Positions 49,320 to 62,922 of a stretch of 64,000 nucleotides of DNA are shown in pieces; the first letter of the stretch is position 1; each line of letters opens with the position of its first letter. A program made the translations under genes and the position numbers. This stretch comes from Escherichia coli. Its GTDB lineage: Bacteria; Pseudomonadota; Gammaproteobacteria; Enterobacterales; Enterobacteriaceae. A model generated the notes under the pieces. That model was not told the DNA's origin. It was given only the letters and a program-made list of their open reading frames with translations, and searched no databases. The stretch is from the NCBI RefSeq assembly GCF_024502345.1, contig NZ_JALDNN010000001.1; one strand, written 5' to 3'.

Positions 49320-51362
49320 ATGACGAATCCGTTACTGACTCCCTTTGAATTGCCTCCGTTTTCTAAAATTCTCCCGGAACATGTCGTTCCAGCCGTGACT
49401 AAGGCATTGAATGACTGCCGCGAAAATGTGGAGCGCGTAGTAGCGCAAGGAGCACCGTACACCTGGGAAAATCTCTGCCAGCCGTTGGCGGAAGTGGACG
49501 ATGTGTTGGGGCGTATTTTCTCCCCGGTCAGCCACCTGAACTCGGTGAAAAATAGCCCGGAATTGCGCGAAGCGTACGAACAAACTCTGCCGCTGCTGTC
49601 GGAATACAGCACCTGGGTAGGGCAACATGAAGGGCTGTATAAAGCGTACCGCGACCTGCGCGATGGCGATCATTACGCCACGCTGAACACGGCTCAGAAA
49701 AAAGCGGTTGATAACGCACTGCGCGATTTTGAACTCTCAGGCATCGGTCTGCCGAAAGAGAAACAACAGCGTTACGGCGAAATTGCCACTCGTCTTTCTG
49801 AACTGGGCAACCAGTACAGCAACAACGTCCTTGATGCGACGATGGGCTGGACTAAACTCGTTACCGACGAAGCGGAACTGGCGGGGATGCCAGAAAGCGC
49901 GCTGGCTGCGGCAAAAGCCCAGGCCGAAGCGAAAGAGCTGGAAGGCTACCTGTTGACGCTGGATATCCCAAGCTACTTGCCGGTAATGACCTACTGCGAC
50001 AACCAGGCCTTGCGTGAAGAGATGTATCGTGCTTACAGCACCCGCGCTTCAGATCAAGGCCCGAACGCCGGTAAGTGGGACAACAGCAAGGTGATGGAAG
50101 AGATCCTCGCGCTGCGTCACGAACTGGCGCAACTGCTGGGCTTTGAAAACTACGCCTTCAAATCACTTGCCACTAAAATGGCAGAAAACCCGCAGCAGGT
50201 GCTGGATTTCTTAACCGATCTGGCAAAACGCGCACGTCCGCAAGGCGAAAAAGAGCTGGCGCAACTGCGTTCCTTCGCCAAAGCCGAATTTGGCGTCGAT
50301 GAGTTGCAGCCGTGGGATATCGCGTACTACAGCGAAAAACAAAAACAGCACCTCTACAGCATCAGTGACGAACAGCTGCGTCCGTACTTCCCGGAAAACA
50401 AAGCGGTTAACGGCTTGTTTGAAGTGGTAAAACGTATTTACGGCATCACCGCTAAAGAGCGTAAAGATGTTGATGTCTGGCACCCGGATGTACGTTTCTT
50501 CGAACTGTATGACGAGAACAACGAACTGCGCGGCAGTTTCTACCTCGACCTGTATGCCCGTGAAAACAAGCGCGGCGGGGCGTGGATGGATGACTGCGTA
50601 GGCCAGATGCGCAAAGCTGACGGTTCTCTGCAAAAACCGGTCGCGTATCTGACCTGTAACTTTAACCGTCCGGTAAATGGTAAACCGGCGCTGTTTACCC
50701 ATGACGAAGTGATCACCCTGTTCCACGAGTTCGGTCACGGCCTGCACCATATGCTGACCCGCATAGAAACCGCCGGTGTATCCGGGATCAGCGGGGTGCC
50801 GTGGGATGCGGTCGAACTGCCGAGCCAGTTTATGGAAAACTGGTGCTGGGAGCCTGAGGCGCTGGCGTTTATCTCCGGTCACTATGAAACCGGCGAACCG
50901 CTGCCGAAGGAGCTGCTGGATAAAATGCTGGCGGCGAAAAACTACCAGGCGGCGCTGTTTATTCTGCGCCAGCTGGAGTTCGGTCTGTTCGATTTCCGCC
51001 TCCATGCCGAGTTCCGTCCGGATCAGGGGGCGAAAATCCTCGAAACTCTGGCAGAAATCAAGAAACTGGTTGCCGTAGTACCGTCTCCATCCTGGGGCCG
51101 TTTCCCGCACGCTTTCAGCCATATTTTCGCCGGTGGTTATGCCGCAGGTTACTACAGCTACCTGTGGGCCGACGTGCTGGCGGCAGATGCCTTCTCGCGC
51201 TTTGAGGAAGAGGGCATTTTCAACCGTGAAACCGGACAGTCGTTCCTCGACAACATTCTGAGCCGTGGCGGTTCAGAAGAGCCGATGGATCTGTTCAAAC
51301 GCTTCCGTGGGCGTGAACCGCAGCTGGATGCGATGCTGGAGCATTACGGCATTAAGGGCTGA
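49320..51362 (+). CDS. prlC: Oligopeptidase A (M3 family)
   Basis: 680 aa from [14 protein letters not shown]; zinc motif HEFGH. Confidence 0.95.
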   Translation: MTNPLLTPFELPPFSKILPEHVVPAVTKALNDCRENVERVVAQGAPYTWENLCQPLAEVDDVLGRIFSPVSHLNSVKNSPELREAYEQTLPLLSEYSTWVGQHEGLYKAYRDLRDGDHYATLNTAQKKAVDNALRDFELSGIGLPKEKQQRYGEIATRLSELGNQYSNNVLDATMGWTKLVTDEAELAGMPESALAAAKAQAEAKELEGYLLTLDIPSYLPVMTYCDNQALREEMYRAYSTRASDQGPNAGKWDNSKVMEEILALRHELAQLLGFENYAFKSLATKMAENPQQVLDFLTDLAKRARPQGEKELAQLRSFAKAEFGVDELQPWDIAYYSEKQKQHLYSISDEQLRPYFPENKAVNGLFEVVKRIYGITAKERKDVDVWHPDVRFFELYDENNELRGSFYLDLYARENKRGGAWMDDCVGQMRKADGSLQKPVAYLTCNFNRPVNGKPALFTHDEVITLFHEFGHGLHHMLTRIETAGVSGISGVPWDAVELPSQFMENWCWEPEALAFISGHYETGEPLPKELLDKMLAAKNYQAALFILRQLEFGLFDFRLHAEFRPDQGAKILETLAEIKKLVAVVPSPSWGRFPHAFSHIFAGGYAAGYYSYLWADVLAADAFSRFEEEGIFNRETGQSFLDNILSRGGSEEPMDLFKRFRGREPQLDAMLEHYGIKG

Positions 51363-51369
51363 TCATTCA

Positions 51370-52122
51370 GTGAAAATCTGCTTAATTGATGAAACAGGCA
51401 CCGGAGACGGTGCCTTATCTGTTCTGGCGGCTCGCTGGGGGCTGGAACATGATGAAGACAACCTGATGGCGCTGGTATTAACGCCGGAACATCTGGAATT
51501 GCGCAAGCGTGATGAGCCAAAACTTGGCGGCATCTTTGTTGATTTTGTTGGCGGAGCGATGGCGCATCGTCGCAAATTCGGCGGTGGTCGTGGTGAGGCG
51601 GTGGCGAAAGCGGTGGGCATTAAAGGCGATTATTTGCCGGATGTGGTGGACGCTACCGCAGGGCTGGGGCGCGATGCCTTTGTGCTGGCTTCGGTCGGCT
51701 GCCGCGTGCGGATGCTGGAGCGTAATCCAGTGGTTGCCGCGCTACTCGACGACGGCCTGGCGCGTGGTTATGCGGATGCGGAAATCGGCGGCTGGTTGCA
51801 GGAGCGGTTGCAGTTAATTCACGCCTCCAGCCTGACGGCGCTGACCGATATTACCCCGCGCCCGCAGGTGGTTTATCTCGACCCGATGTTCCCGCATAAG
51901 CAGAAAAGCGCGCTGGTGAAAAAAGAGATGCGTGTCTTTCAGTCGCTGGTGGGGCCGGATCTTGATGCCGATGGATTACTGGAGCCTGCACGCTTGCTGG
52001 CGACCAAACGCGTGGTGGTAAAGCGCCCGGACTACGCGCCACCGCTAGCGAATGTCGCCACGCCAAACGCGGTAGTCACTAAAGGGCATCGCTTTGATAT
52101 TTATGCCGGAACGCCAGTATAA
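51370..52122 (+). CDS. rsmJ: 16S rRNA m2G1516 methyltransferase
   Basis: 250 aa from GTG at 51370, just after the prlC stop. Confidence 0.85.
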   Translation: MKICLIDETGTGDGALSVLAARWGLEHDEDNLMALVLTPEHLELRKRDEPKLGGIFVDFVGGAMAHRRKFGGGRGEAVAKAVGIKGDYLPDVVDATAGLGRDAFVLASVGCRVRMLERNPVVAALLDDGLARGYADAEIGGWLQERLQLIHASSLTALTDITPRPQVVYLDPMFPHKQKSALVKKEMRVFQSLVGPDLDADGLLEPARLLATKRVVVKRPDYAPPLANVATPNAVVTKGHRFDIYAGTPV

Positions 52123-52170
52123 AAGTAAAGCAGGGTAGCGATAACGCTACCCTGCTTTCTGCAAGAATAA

Positions 52171-53640
52171 TTAATGGCTTTCCGGCGTCGCAATCATGCG
52201 TTTCAGCCACGGGACCATCAACAGCATCACTACTGCAACGCCCAGCGTGACCAGACCAATCTTACCAAACACGTTGGTATAGACGGGCAACGTCTCAAGC
52301 GGATCGGTAATGTTGTCCGGCACCGCGGTAAATGTTGCCACATAGCCGCCCAGCAAGAACGCGGCAGCCTGCGTCAGGAACCACATCCCGAGAATAAAGC
52401 CCATCAAATGCTGCGGCACCAGGGCAGCAATCATCGCCAGGCCAAGGGCGCTAATAAACAGTTCACCTAAGCTCTGGAATAAGTACACCAGCACGATAAA
52501 CCATGGCGATGTCAGCCCTTGTGCATCCGCAAACCACATTCCCGCAGCTGCCGCCGTCAAAAAGCCCAGTGAGCACATAAACATGCCGAGAGTAAATTTC
52601 ATCGGCATCGAGAGGTCTTTGCCTTTGTTACCCAGATGCGTGTAAATGCCTGCCAGTATTGGGCTGGCGAGTACCACCCAGAACGGGTTAAGCGCCTGGA
52701 AGCTGACCGGGTTGATGGAAAAACCGAGAATTTCATGATGCACGTTGTTGATGGCAAAGAAGTTCAGCGATGTTGGCATCTGGGCGTAGAGAATGTAAAA
52801 CACCACCGCTTCGAGCATCAGGACAAAGGCGACAAACATTTTATTGCGCCCGGTTTTATCCAGCTTGAATGCCTGACGAAAGAAGATGATGGTGACGACG
52901 ATGGAGAGAACAATCAGCACCAGATTGGCGACTTCTACGTTGTGCATCAGCCATGCACAGACGAAGATCATCACCACGCTGCCAAGTAACACGTACAACA
53001 GTTTGCTGAAGCTCATCGGCCGGAAGTCGGGTTCAGAACCAATGTCTTTCACCATTCCACGACAGGCGATGTAAACCAGTAATGCGATAATTAACCCCGC
53101 CCCGCACAGGTTGTAGGTGACAGAATAACCGAATCTATCAGCGATCACAGGGGCCAGCGATAATGCTATCAACGAGCCGATATTGATCGACATATAGAAC
53201 AGGGTGAATGCGCCATCAAGGCGCGGATCTTTCGGCGGATAGCACTTCGAAAGCAAGCTGGCTGGGTTAGCTTTAAACAGGCCGTTACCGACAGCGATAG
53301 TCCCCAGGGCGATGAAAATCAGGTCAGGCTTAAGTAGCGACATGCCGGTCATGAAGTAGCCAATCGCCAGCACAAGTGCTCCAAGAACGATGGTGCGTTT
53401 GGTCCCCAGCAGGTGGTCGCCGACATAGCCGCCAATGGAAATGAGGCCATAGACCAGCGCAGCAAAAGCACCAAAAGTGACAAAAGCCTGCTCTTGCGAG
53501 AATCCAAGCTGTTTAACGAAGAAAACCGCCAGTACGCCCTGCACGCCGTAGTAGCCGAATCGCTCCCATAACTCGACAAAAAAGATCATGAAAAATGGGC
53601 GAGGTTGCTGCAGCATCCCCATGGGTGTTGTTGTATTCAT
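52171..53640 (-). CDS. dtpB: Proton-dependent di/tripeptide permease (POT family)
   Basis: 489-aa MFS/POT sequence. Confidence 0.95.
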
Positions 53641-53904
53641 ATTTATTAACCTTCCAATACCATCCTGAAAAGTATGAACGCGTAAGGGATAACGCGCGAA
53701 AAAGTTTACATCTGTCAGAGATTCTTAATATTGATGCGGTGAATAGATTAATACACTATTACAACAGAAAATAACCAGCTGATCACACTAATGATGGAAA
53801 ATATGATGGTGTTAAATATTGTATTGGCTGGGGATTTTGATTGCGAACGCAGACCGTAGGCCAGATAAGGCGTTTACGCTAATCAGGTAACAAGGCGCGC
53901 CAAA

Positions 53905-53935
53905 AAGCAAAACGCCCGCATATGCGGGCGTTCAG
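53905..53935 (-). terminator. uspA terminator
   Basis: aaaacgcccgcatatgcgggcgtt hairpin just downstream of the uspA stop. Confidence 0.6.
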
Positions 53936-53956
53936 GAACACGTCGTGGAGGGAAGA

Positions 53957-54391
53957 TTATTCTTCTTCGTCGCGCAGCGGAACAATCAGCATATCAACGT
54001 GAACGGTGTTGATCAGCTGACGTGCGGAAGACATCAGTTTGCTCCAGAAGTCCTGGTGGTGACCACAAACCACCAGATCCATATCGTATTTCTTGATTGC
54101 ATCGACCAGAACCTGGCCCAGGTCGCCGCTGCCGCTCAGGGTTTCAGTGATTGGGTATCCTGCATTAGTGGAAAGCTCGGTCAGTGCATGATGTGTCTCT
54201 TCAGAGATGCGTTTCTGCATATCACCCAGATTCACATCAATAAGCCCGGTGTATAGGTCAGAGTAGTTTACATCTACGTGGATCAGAGAAACTTTCGCAT
54301 TGTAGGGGCGAGCCATAGAGACTGCTTTCTCTACCAGAACTTTGCTTTCCGGGGAGAGATCGACCGCGATGAGAATGTGTTTATAAGCCAT
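53957..54391 (-). CDS. uspA: Universal stress protein A
   Basis: 144 aa, [24 protein letters not shown]... Confidence 0.96.
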
Positions 54392-54781
54392 AGTGTTACT
54401 CCTTCCATAAAGTTGTCGATGACTGGCCAGCTAGCGTTTCTTGTGCCGTTACGTCACCCGCGTCCTGCGAACTACGTGCGCGGGGCTAACCCAGCCGTAA
54501 AGATTCAGTGTTAAGACCATCCTTACCTTATAGCGACCCGGATGATCCGTCAATCCGCCTTGCTTACCCGTTAGATAAACAAATTTTCGACATGAATATA
54601 TTGATAGTGGTTAACCTTCTGGAAAAAAAACAACCTGATCTCCTACACTATCTATAGAGCCGCTCGGATGTTGGTCACCACAAAAGCGGTTTCTCCAGGA
54701 CCTGGTGTTAACTGATTGGCAGCGTATCGGGAGCGGTAGCCCCGGGGTGGAACTCCGCGGGCAGGTCGCCGGGGAGGAGGT

Positions 54782-55117
54782 ATGATAAGCACCGTCGCAT
54801 TATTTTGGGCTTTATGTGTCGTTTGCATTGTTAACATGGCGCGCTATTTCTCATCACTACGCGCGTTGTTAGTGGTACTGCGTAACTGCGATCCATTGCT
54901 CTATCAATATGTTGATGGAGGGGGCTTTTTTACCTCACATGGCCAACCCAACAAACAGGTGCGTCTCGTTTGGTATATCTATGCCCAACGTTATCGCGAT
55001 CATCACGATGATGAGTTTATTCGCCGCTGTGAGCGGGTGCGTCGGCAGTTTATTCTGACCAGCGCATTGTGTGGTCTGGTGGTGGTCAGCCTGATTGCAT
55101 TGATGATTTGGCATTAA
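54782..55117 (+). CDS. uspB: Universal stress protein B
   Basis: 111-aa two-TM protein divergent from uspA. Confidence 0.93.
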
Positions 55118-55187
55118 GCTCTTCAGCAATAATAACGCATAAAAAAAGCGGGCCAGTAAACTGACCCGCTCGTTTTGGTGCGTACGA

Positions 55188-56687
55188 TTACAGGAACTGC
55201 AAGGAGAGCCAGTACAGCCCGCCGGAAAGCAGTACCGCAGCCGGAAGGGTAAACACCCAGGCCATCAGAATGCTGGTCACGGTTTTACGCTGTAAGCCGC
55301 CACCATCTACCACCATTGTCCCCGCGACAGAAGAGGAGAGTACGTGAGTAGTGGAAACCGGCATCCCGGTATAACTCGCCAGGCCGATAGACACTGCCGC
55401 CGTCATCTGGGCAGACATCCCCTGAGCGTAGGTCATGCCTTTCTTACCGATTTTCTCACCGATAGTCGTTGCCACACGACGCCAGCCAATCATCGTACCG
55501 ATACCTAACGCCAGCGCGACCGCCATGATGATCCACACCGGCGCATACTCGATGGTGCTAAGCATGTCGGACTTCAGTTTCTTCAACAGGCGCTGATCGT
55601 CAGCACTCACGCCAGGCATCTTCACCACTTTGTCGATAGTGTCAGAAACGCACAGCATAATGCGGCGCATCTGGCTACGTTGATCAAGCGACAGCTTGTC
55701 GTAGCTTTCCACATCGGTAGTCAACATGCCTTTCAGGCGGTTGAGCGCGTTAATGGTATTCGACGGATGGCAATGGAACTCCGCGGGTTGCGTTGCGCCA
55801 GCTTCCGGAGCCGGTACTAATTGATCAGCACCGGTAGCTTGTTTCAGCAGCGCAGGATGCTGCTCAAAGTAAGCTTCGACGTTGTTGATGGCATCACGGG
55901 TACGGGTGATTTCGTAGCCAGTGGCATTCATGTTCACCACGAAGCCTGCTGGTGCGACGCCAATCAATACCAACATAACCAGACCAATGCCTTTCTGACC
56001 ATCGTTTGCGCCGTGCGAAAACGCCACGCCGATAGCGGAAAGGATCAGCGCAATACGCGTCCAGAACGGCGGCTTTTTCTTGCCGTCTTTCTTTTCACGC
56101 TCCGCTGGGGTCAGGTGGATACGGGCGCGTTTCTTGGTGCCGCTCCAGTAGCGACGCAGCAAGAAAATCAGACCGCCAGCAAACACCAGGCCGACAATAG
56201 GGGAAACGATCAGAGAACCGAAAATACTTAATACTTTCGGGATATTGAGTGCATCCACCACTGACGTCCCGGTCATCAACGCATTGGTTAAACCAATCCC
56301 GATGATCGCGCCAATCAGCGTATGAGAGCTGGATGCAGGTAAACCAAAGTACCAGGTACCCAGGTTCCAGATAATCGCCGCCAGCAACATAGAGAACACC
56401 ATGGCAAGGCCATGAGACGATCCCATATTAAGCAGCAGATCCGTCGGCAGCATATGCACAATGGCATAGGCAACACTCAGACCACCCAGCAAAACACCCA
56501 AAAAGTTGAACACCGCTGCCATAACCACGGCGAGCTGAGAACGCATCGCGCGGGTATAGATAACGGTTGCCACGGCGTTGGCTGTGTCATGGAAACCATT
56601 GATGGCTTCGTAGAACAGCACAAAAGCCAGTGCAAGCAATAATAACAGCCCGGTATGCAAATCCAGGCCAGCAAACAAATGTAGCAT
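55188..56687 (-). CDS. pitA: Low-affinity inorganic phosphate transporter
   Basis: 499-aa PiT family sequence. Confidence 0.95.
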
Positions 56688-56918
56688 AGGACGTTACGCC
56701 ATTTTGAGGACATGAACGCGGCGCATTATCAGTGACTTTCGCGGCGCGGGCAAAGTGAAATATAGACTTTTTTTGATTTGCCTCCTGTATGGATTTCACT
56801 CAAAAAATAATTATCTTATATAATTCAGGTAAATACTTCCTTTTAGTAATATTGATGCTGGTGCGACCACTGAGGAATCTTTACAATTCACGCCCGTTTT
56901 TTCTAAGAGGAGCGCAAC

Positions 56919-58121
56919 GTGGAAAGGTTTGATGCCATTATTATAGGCGCTGGTGCGGCGGGTATGTTCTGTTCTGCGCTGGCAGGTCAGGCAGGACGCC
57001 GGGTTCTGCTGATCGATAATGGTAAAAAACCAGGGCGCAAAATCCTCATGTCTGGCGGTGGGCGCTGCAACTTTACCAACCTTTATGTCGAACCGGGCGC
57101 TTATCTGAGCCAGAATCCGCATTTTTGTAAGTCTGCACTCGCACGTTTTACCCAGTGGGATTTCATTGATCTGGTCAATAAACACGGCATCGCATGGCAC
57201 GAGAAAACGTTAGGGCAACTCTTCTGCGATGACTCCGCGCAGCAGATTGTCGACATGCTGGTGGATGAGTGCGAGAAGGGCAATGTGACCTTCAGATTGC
57301 GTAGCGAAGTGCTGAGTGTGGCGAAGGATGAAACAGGCTTCACGCTTGATCTGAACGGCATGACTGTCGGTTGCGAAAAGCTGGTCATCGCGACCGGTGG
57401 GCTGTCAATGCCGGGGCTGGGCGCATCGCCGTTTGGTTATAAGACTGCCGAACAATTTGGCCTCAACGTGCTGTCGACCCGCGCGGGTCTGGTGCCATTC
57501 ACTCTGCATAAACCGTTGCTCGAAGAGTTACAGGTGCTGGCGGGCGTGGCGGTGCCTTCCGTGATTACCGCTGAAAACGGCACCGTTTTCCGAGAGAACT
57601 TACTCTTCACCCACCGCGGCTTATCTGGACCGGCGGTGTTGCAGATTTCCAGCTACTGGCAACCGGGTGAATTTGTCAGTATCAATCTGCTACCGGATGT
57701 GGACCTCGAAACCTTCCTGAATGAGCAGCGTAACGCACATCCGAATCAGAGCCTGAAAAACACACTGGCGGTTCATCTACCGAAGCGGTTGGTTGAACGC
57801 TTACAGCAACTCGGGCAAATCCCGGATGTCTCGCTAAAACAGCTCAACGTGCGTGACCAACAGGCACTGATTAGCACATTGACCGACTGGCGCGTACAAC
57901 CCAACGGCACTGAAGGCTATCGCACTGCCGAAGTGACGCTCGGCGGCGTGGACACCAACGAACTCTCTTCACGGACGATGGAAGCGCGCAAAGTGCCTGG
58001 GCTGTACTTCATCGGCGAAGTGATGGACGTCACCGGCTGGCTGGGGGGCTATAACTTCCAGTGGGCGTGGTCGAGTGCATGGGCTTGTGCGCAGGATTTG
58101 ATTGCAGCGAAGTCGTCCTGA
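56919..58121 (+). CDS. yhiN: Putative FAD-dependent oxidoreductase (HI0933-like)
   Basis: 400 aa from GTG with AAGAGGAG RBS; N-terminal IIGAGAAG dinucleotide-binding motif. Confidence 0.9.
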   Translation: MERFDAIIIGAGAAGMFCSALAGQAGRRVLLIDNGKKPGRKILMSGGGRCNFTNLYVEPGAYLSQNPHFCKSALARFTQWDFIDLVNKHGIAWHEKTLGQLFCDDSAQQIVDMLVDECEKGNVTFRLRSEVLSVAKDETGFTLDLNGMTVGCEKLVIATGGLSMPGLGASPFGYKTAEQFGLNVLSTRAGLVPFTLHKPLLEELQVLAGVAVPSVITAENGTVFRENLLFTHRGLSGPAVLQISSYWQPGEFVSINLLPDVDLETFLNEQRNAHPNQSLKNTLAVHLPKRLVERLQQLGQIPDVSLKQLNVRDQQALISTLTDWRVQPNGTEGYRTAEVTLGGVDTNELSSRTMEARKVPGLYFIGEVMDVTGWLGGYNFQWAWSSAWACAQDLIAAKSS

Positions 58122-58173
58122 GCTATTTTTCCTAAAGATGAAAATTATTAGAGTCGCATTAAAAATGAGCTAA

Positions 58174-59368
<1,195 letters not shown>

Positions 59369-59637
59369 CTAATTTTGATAGTGGCTATCTTGTGATTATT
59401 TTCTAATGAGCCCGTGAACTGAACCCCCCATGCTTAATATAAGGTGGAGGGAAAGGTGATTGAAAACTCACCCAGTGGGCTGATCTTTATAAAATATGAA
59501 CAGGTTGAAAAAAAAACAGTAACTTTGCTGTTTTTTATACTTAACCACTATGCATTAATGCTGCGTTATTTCATTCTACCTAAGAAAAACCAGCGTTACG
59601 CAAATGGTCAACGCTGGTTTTATCCGGTACGTTGCAA

Positions 59638-60690
59638 TTATTTTTTAGCAGAACCCGCTTCTAATATTGAAACGATTGAGAACAACGTAAAGCATACCGC
59701 TCCCAAACCGACCAGAACCCGCGAAGGAATAAAATATCCCATATCGGTCTGCGCCATTTCCGCAAGAAACGATGCCAGGAAAAGGCAAAACAGGCAGGTG
59801 AAGACGGGAATCATCGGTATTCTGTTGGCTAACGAACAGGTACGTCTCCAGACCAGTGCCAGTAGCCAGACTTTTGAGAATATGCTGTAACAGATCATTC
59901 CGAGGCAAATGAGAATAATGCCGGGAGCCAGTCGGGCGCTTGCATCGGAGCTGACTAAGACGTATATGCCCTGCAGCACCGTGATTGAGCCGAGAAAAAT
60001 AACCCAATAACACCACAGCCAGTGCTCTTTCGTTGAAAACGTATTACGTGTTTGATGGACGATTGTGGCAACAAGGCCAATTAGACAGGCACAGATTGCG
60101 GTTAACCCGAGCAATACGTGACCGGCGACATAATGCGGAGTTATGTCGGCACTACGTAACAGCGTAATAGACCAAATGAAACCGAGCAGGGTAAGTAACA
60201 CGGGAACGGCAATGAGGCAATTACCGATTAATGAAGAATAAGCCTGTACCGGAGTTCCGTCGCTCTTGCTCCCCGCTGCGTTTTTAGGAATGAGCAGAAA
60301 GTGACCGGACGACGCTGCCACCGTCGATACACATGCGGCAATCATACCAACGCCAAAAATAACATGGCCGGCGACAAACTCGTCTGCCATCACATCATTA
60401 CCTGCTAACAGTGCCCAACCCCATATCATGGTGATAATTGACCCCGCATAGCCAATAATGGGGAACAATGTATTGTAAAACGTATTAACGCCGCGCGTGA
60501 GCTGCGAAATGATAATAAATGCGGTAGTGAATAATGCCAGGCATATGGCTGCCAGAGAAATCAGCACATGACCCGCGACGAAATACTCGCTTTGCCCTGA
60601 ACTTTCCAGCACAAAGCCACCTAACGCGATACAAATCAAGCCCATAATTAAAGGGATTAATTTGAAAAGCCACCCGATATATATGTTCAC
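59638..60690 (-). CDS. yhiM: Inner membrane protein implicated in acid resistance
   Basis: 350 aa from GTG at 60690 (GGAG upstream); about ten hydrophobic segments with repeated VAGHV motifs. Confidence 0.85.
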   Translation of the reverse strand: MNIYIGWLFKLIPLIMGLICIALGGFVLESSGQSEYFVAGHVLISLAAICLALFTTAFIIISQLTRGVNTFYNTLFPIIGYAGSIITMIWGWALLAGNDVMADEFVAGHVIFGVGMIAACVSTVAASSGHFLLIPKNAAGSKSDGTPVQAYSSLIGNCLIAVPVLLTLLGFIWSITLLRSADITPHYVAGHVLLGLTAICACLIGLVATIVHQTRNTFSTKEHWLWCYWVIFLGSITVLQGIYVLVSSDASARLAPGIILICLGMICYSIFSKVWLLALVWRRTCSLANRIPMIPVFTCLFCLFLASFLAEMAQTDMGYFIPSRVLVGLGAVCFTLFSIVSILEAGSAKK

Positions 60691-61009
60691 TTTAAACTCC
60701 TCAGGTATCCCTGCTAATATTGAAATGTGCATTAATGATAATTTCAGCCTGTTAATACAATGACGAGATATCATTAAAGACAAATGCATAGCATAACTAT
60801 AGCGGGGTTTACTTTGCAGAGCGCTACTTTTCAGAGTTCAAAAGGCCATGATAAATAAATATTTATCCTAAGATTAATTCTTATTCTGTTGTTTTTTACG
60901 ATTATCTTCCAGGGAGGGATTCTTTTTCATTATTTGGTAAAAGACCGGATGGTCTCGGTGCTTAAAATCAGCGAGCATATACGCATTATTGCTTTATATC
61001 GTCGAAAAT

Positions 61010-62662
61010 ATGTCTTTCAGACATGTATCATTTATTTTGTTACTAACAAGTCAAAAATATCACGGGTTATTTATGAAAGTATTTCACAATATATTTAAGC
61101 ACATCCCTTCAAACCATAAAGATAAGCATTCAGATAAAGTTAATAATCGTCAACACCATGGTAAGGTTGATAAAAAACATCGTTCAGAGATAGTTGAAAT
61201 TGATAAGATGGATAAACATTCGCAAATAGATAACGATTTTGGCCTGCATATCATCTATTTCCTGCAACATGGCTGCTGGAACGTAACTGAACATAGTCCT
61301 CAGATAGAAAAAATATGGTTTTACAATAGTGAGCCATCTATAGATATTAAAGAATATAATAGTTTCGCCGACAATACTACTGACACGTTTATCTTTACAA
61401 TTATACCAGACAATAACCATGTGATAAAATTATCGTCTCCCATTACCGTTACGATTGAGCGTAAGGACGGTTATTATTTTATTAATTTCTCCGGGGATAA
61501 ATCAGACATAATTTATAAAGTTGATGGGCTTTCTATCATACCTGAAAATTTCTTTACTCTTCTTAGCGGTAATTTTAAAGCTGACTGGCGTTGGGATGTT
61601 TCTAAAGAGACGTTTCCTAAGGATAAGTTTGCTAGCTATGTTGAATCTGTTTTTTCAAAAATAGACTTTTATAAACAGTGTGGTGTGATTAACCCACAAA
61701 ATGCCAACACGGCTTATTTTGGCGATACAGATGGAAGAGTAGGCGCTGTACTTTATGCATTGCTCGTTTCAGGGCATATAGGCATCAGGGAAAAGGGGTG
61801 GAGTTTATTATGTGATTTATTAGAACACGAAGACATGGCTTCATTCGCATATGAAAATAAAAAATTGAAAAAACTCTTCACTTTATTAGATAAGAGAGAC
61901 ATGTTCTTGAATGAGTTGCATCAACATGTTTTTTTAAAAGGCGATGCGATTACCCCTTGTATCTTCCTTGGGGATCATACAGGCGATAGATTCAGTACTA
62001 TTTTTGGTGATAAATATATCCTTACTTTGCTAAATTCTATGCGAAATATGGAGGGTAATAAAGATAGTCGTATAAATAAAAATGTCGTCGTTCTGGCTGG
62101 AAATCATGAAATCAATTTTAATGGTAACTATAGTGCACGACTAGCAAATCATAAACTCTCTTCCGGTGATACGTATAACTTAATTAAAACGCTCGATGTT
62201 TGTAATTATGACTCAGAAACGAAAGTTTTAACCAGTCATCACGGAATAATAAGAAATGAAGAAAATGAATGTTATTGTCTAGGTGCTTTGCAGGTTCCAT
62301 TTAATCAGATGAAAGACCCAATTGATCCTGAGGAATTAGCAAATATATTTAATAAAAAACATAAACAACACATGGATGATCGTCTTATCCATCTAATTAG
62401 GAGCAATGCTATAGCATCCACACCTGTATATGACAATTATTTTAATAACACTACTGCTTTCAGACCAAAACCTGAAGATATCTTCAAATGTGGACAGACG
62501 CTCAAAAAAAGTAAACAGAAATTTGGCCATTATGGATTAGGGGTAGATCAGCATCAAAAAATTGATAATTATACCATGGGGCTAAATTCCTGGAAGATAG
62601 CACTTAACGAACGTGGTGATAAAAAAGGTGTCCCAGGGCTTAGTTGTTTTCAACCACATTAA
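61010..62662 (+). CDS. yhiL: Uncharacterised YhiL/YhiJ-family protein with metallophosphoesterase-like signature
   Basis: ~550-aa AT-rich ORF; start uncertain (TTG 60989, ATG 61010 or ATG 61073); motifs FGDTDG, GDHTGDR and GNHE shared with the downstream paralogue. Confidence 0.65.
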   Translation: MSFRHVSFILLLTSQKYHGLFMKVFHNIFKHIPSNHKDKHSDKVNNRQHHGKVDKKHRSEIVEIDKMDKHSQIDNDFGLHIIYFLQHGCWNVTEHSPQIEKIWFYNSEPSIDIKEYNSFADNTTDTFIFTIIPDNNHVIKLSSPITVTIERKDGYYFINFSGDKSDIIYKVDGLSIIPENFFTLLSGNFKADWRWDVSKETFPKDKFASYVESVFSKIDFYKQCGVINPQNANTAYFGDTDGRVGAVLYALLVSGHIGIREKGWSLLCDLLEHEDMASFAYENKKLKKLFTLLDKRDMFLNELHQHVFLKGDAITPCIFLGDHTGDRFSTIFGDKYILTLLNSMRNMEGNKDSRINKNVVVLAGNHEINFNGNYSARLANHKLSSGDTYNLIKTLDVCNYDSETKVLTSHHGIIRNEENECYCLGALQVPFNQMKDPIDPEELANIFNKKHKQHMDDRLIHLIRSNAIASTPVYDNYFNNTTAFRPKPEDIFKCGQTLKKSKQKFGHYGLGVDQHQKIDNYTMGLNSWKIALNERGDKKGVPGLSCFQPH

Positions 62663-62922
62663 ACTCAATGAGTGCTGTGGTATATCTTTTTAATGCTGCC
62701 AGTATTTCATAGGTTTTCTTAATCGATTGCAGAGGTATGTGCTGATGACGCCTCTACAATCTTTAGGGACTTTCTCTACTATGAGATAAGAAATTTCATA
62801 TTATGCTTTAAGGCCGAATGATTTGTGCAAAATATAATTATTTTTCCATCGAACATGAGGTGTATGTCATAAGATTAAATGATAACTATGTATTCCTCGC
62901 GGTGAATTATATGAGGTAAAAG

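Noticed and set aside
50211-51122. 303-aa ORF on the minus strand
   Set aside because: Antisense to prlC, with no independent signals; shadow ORF.
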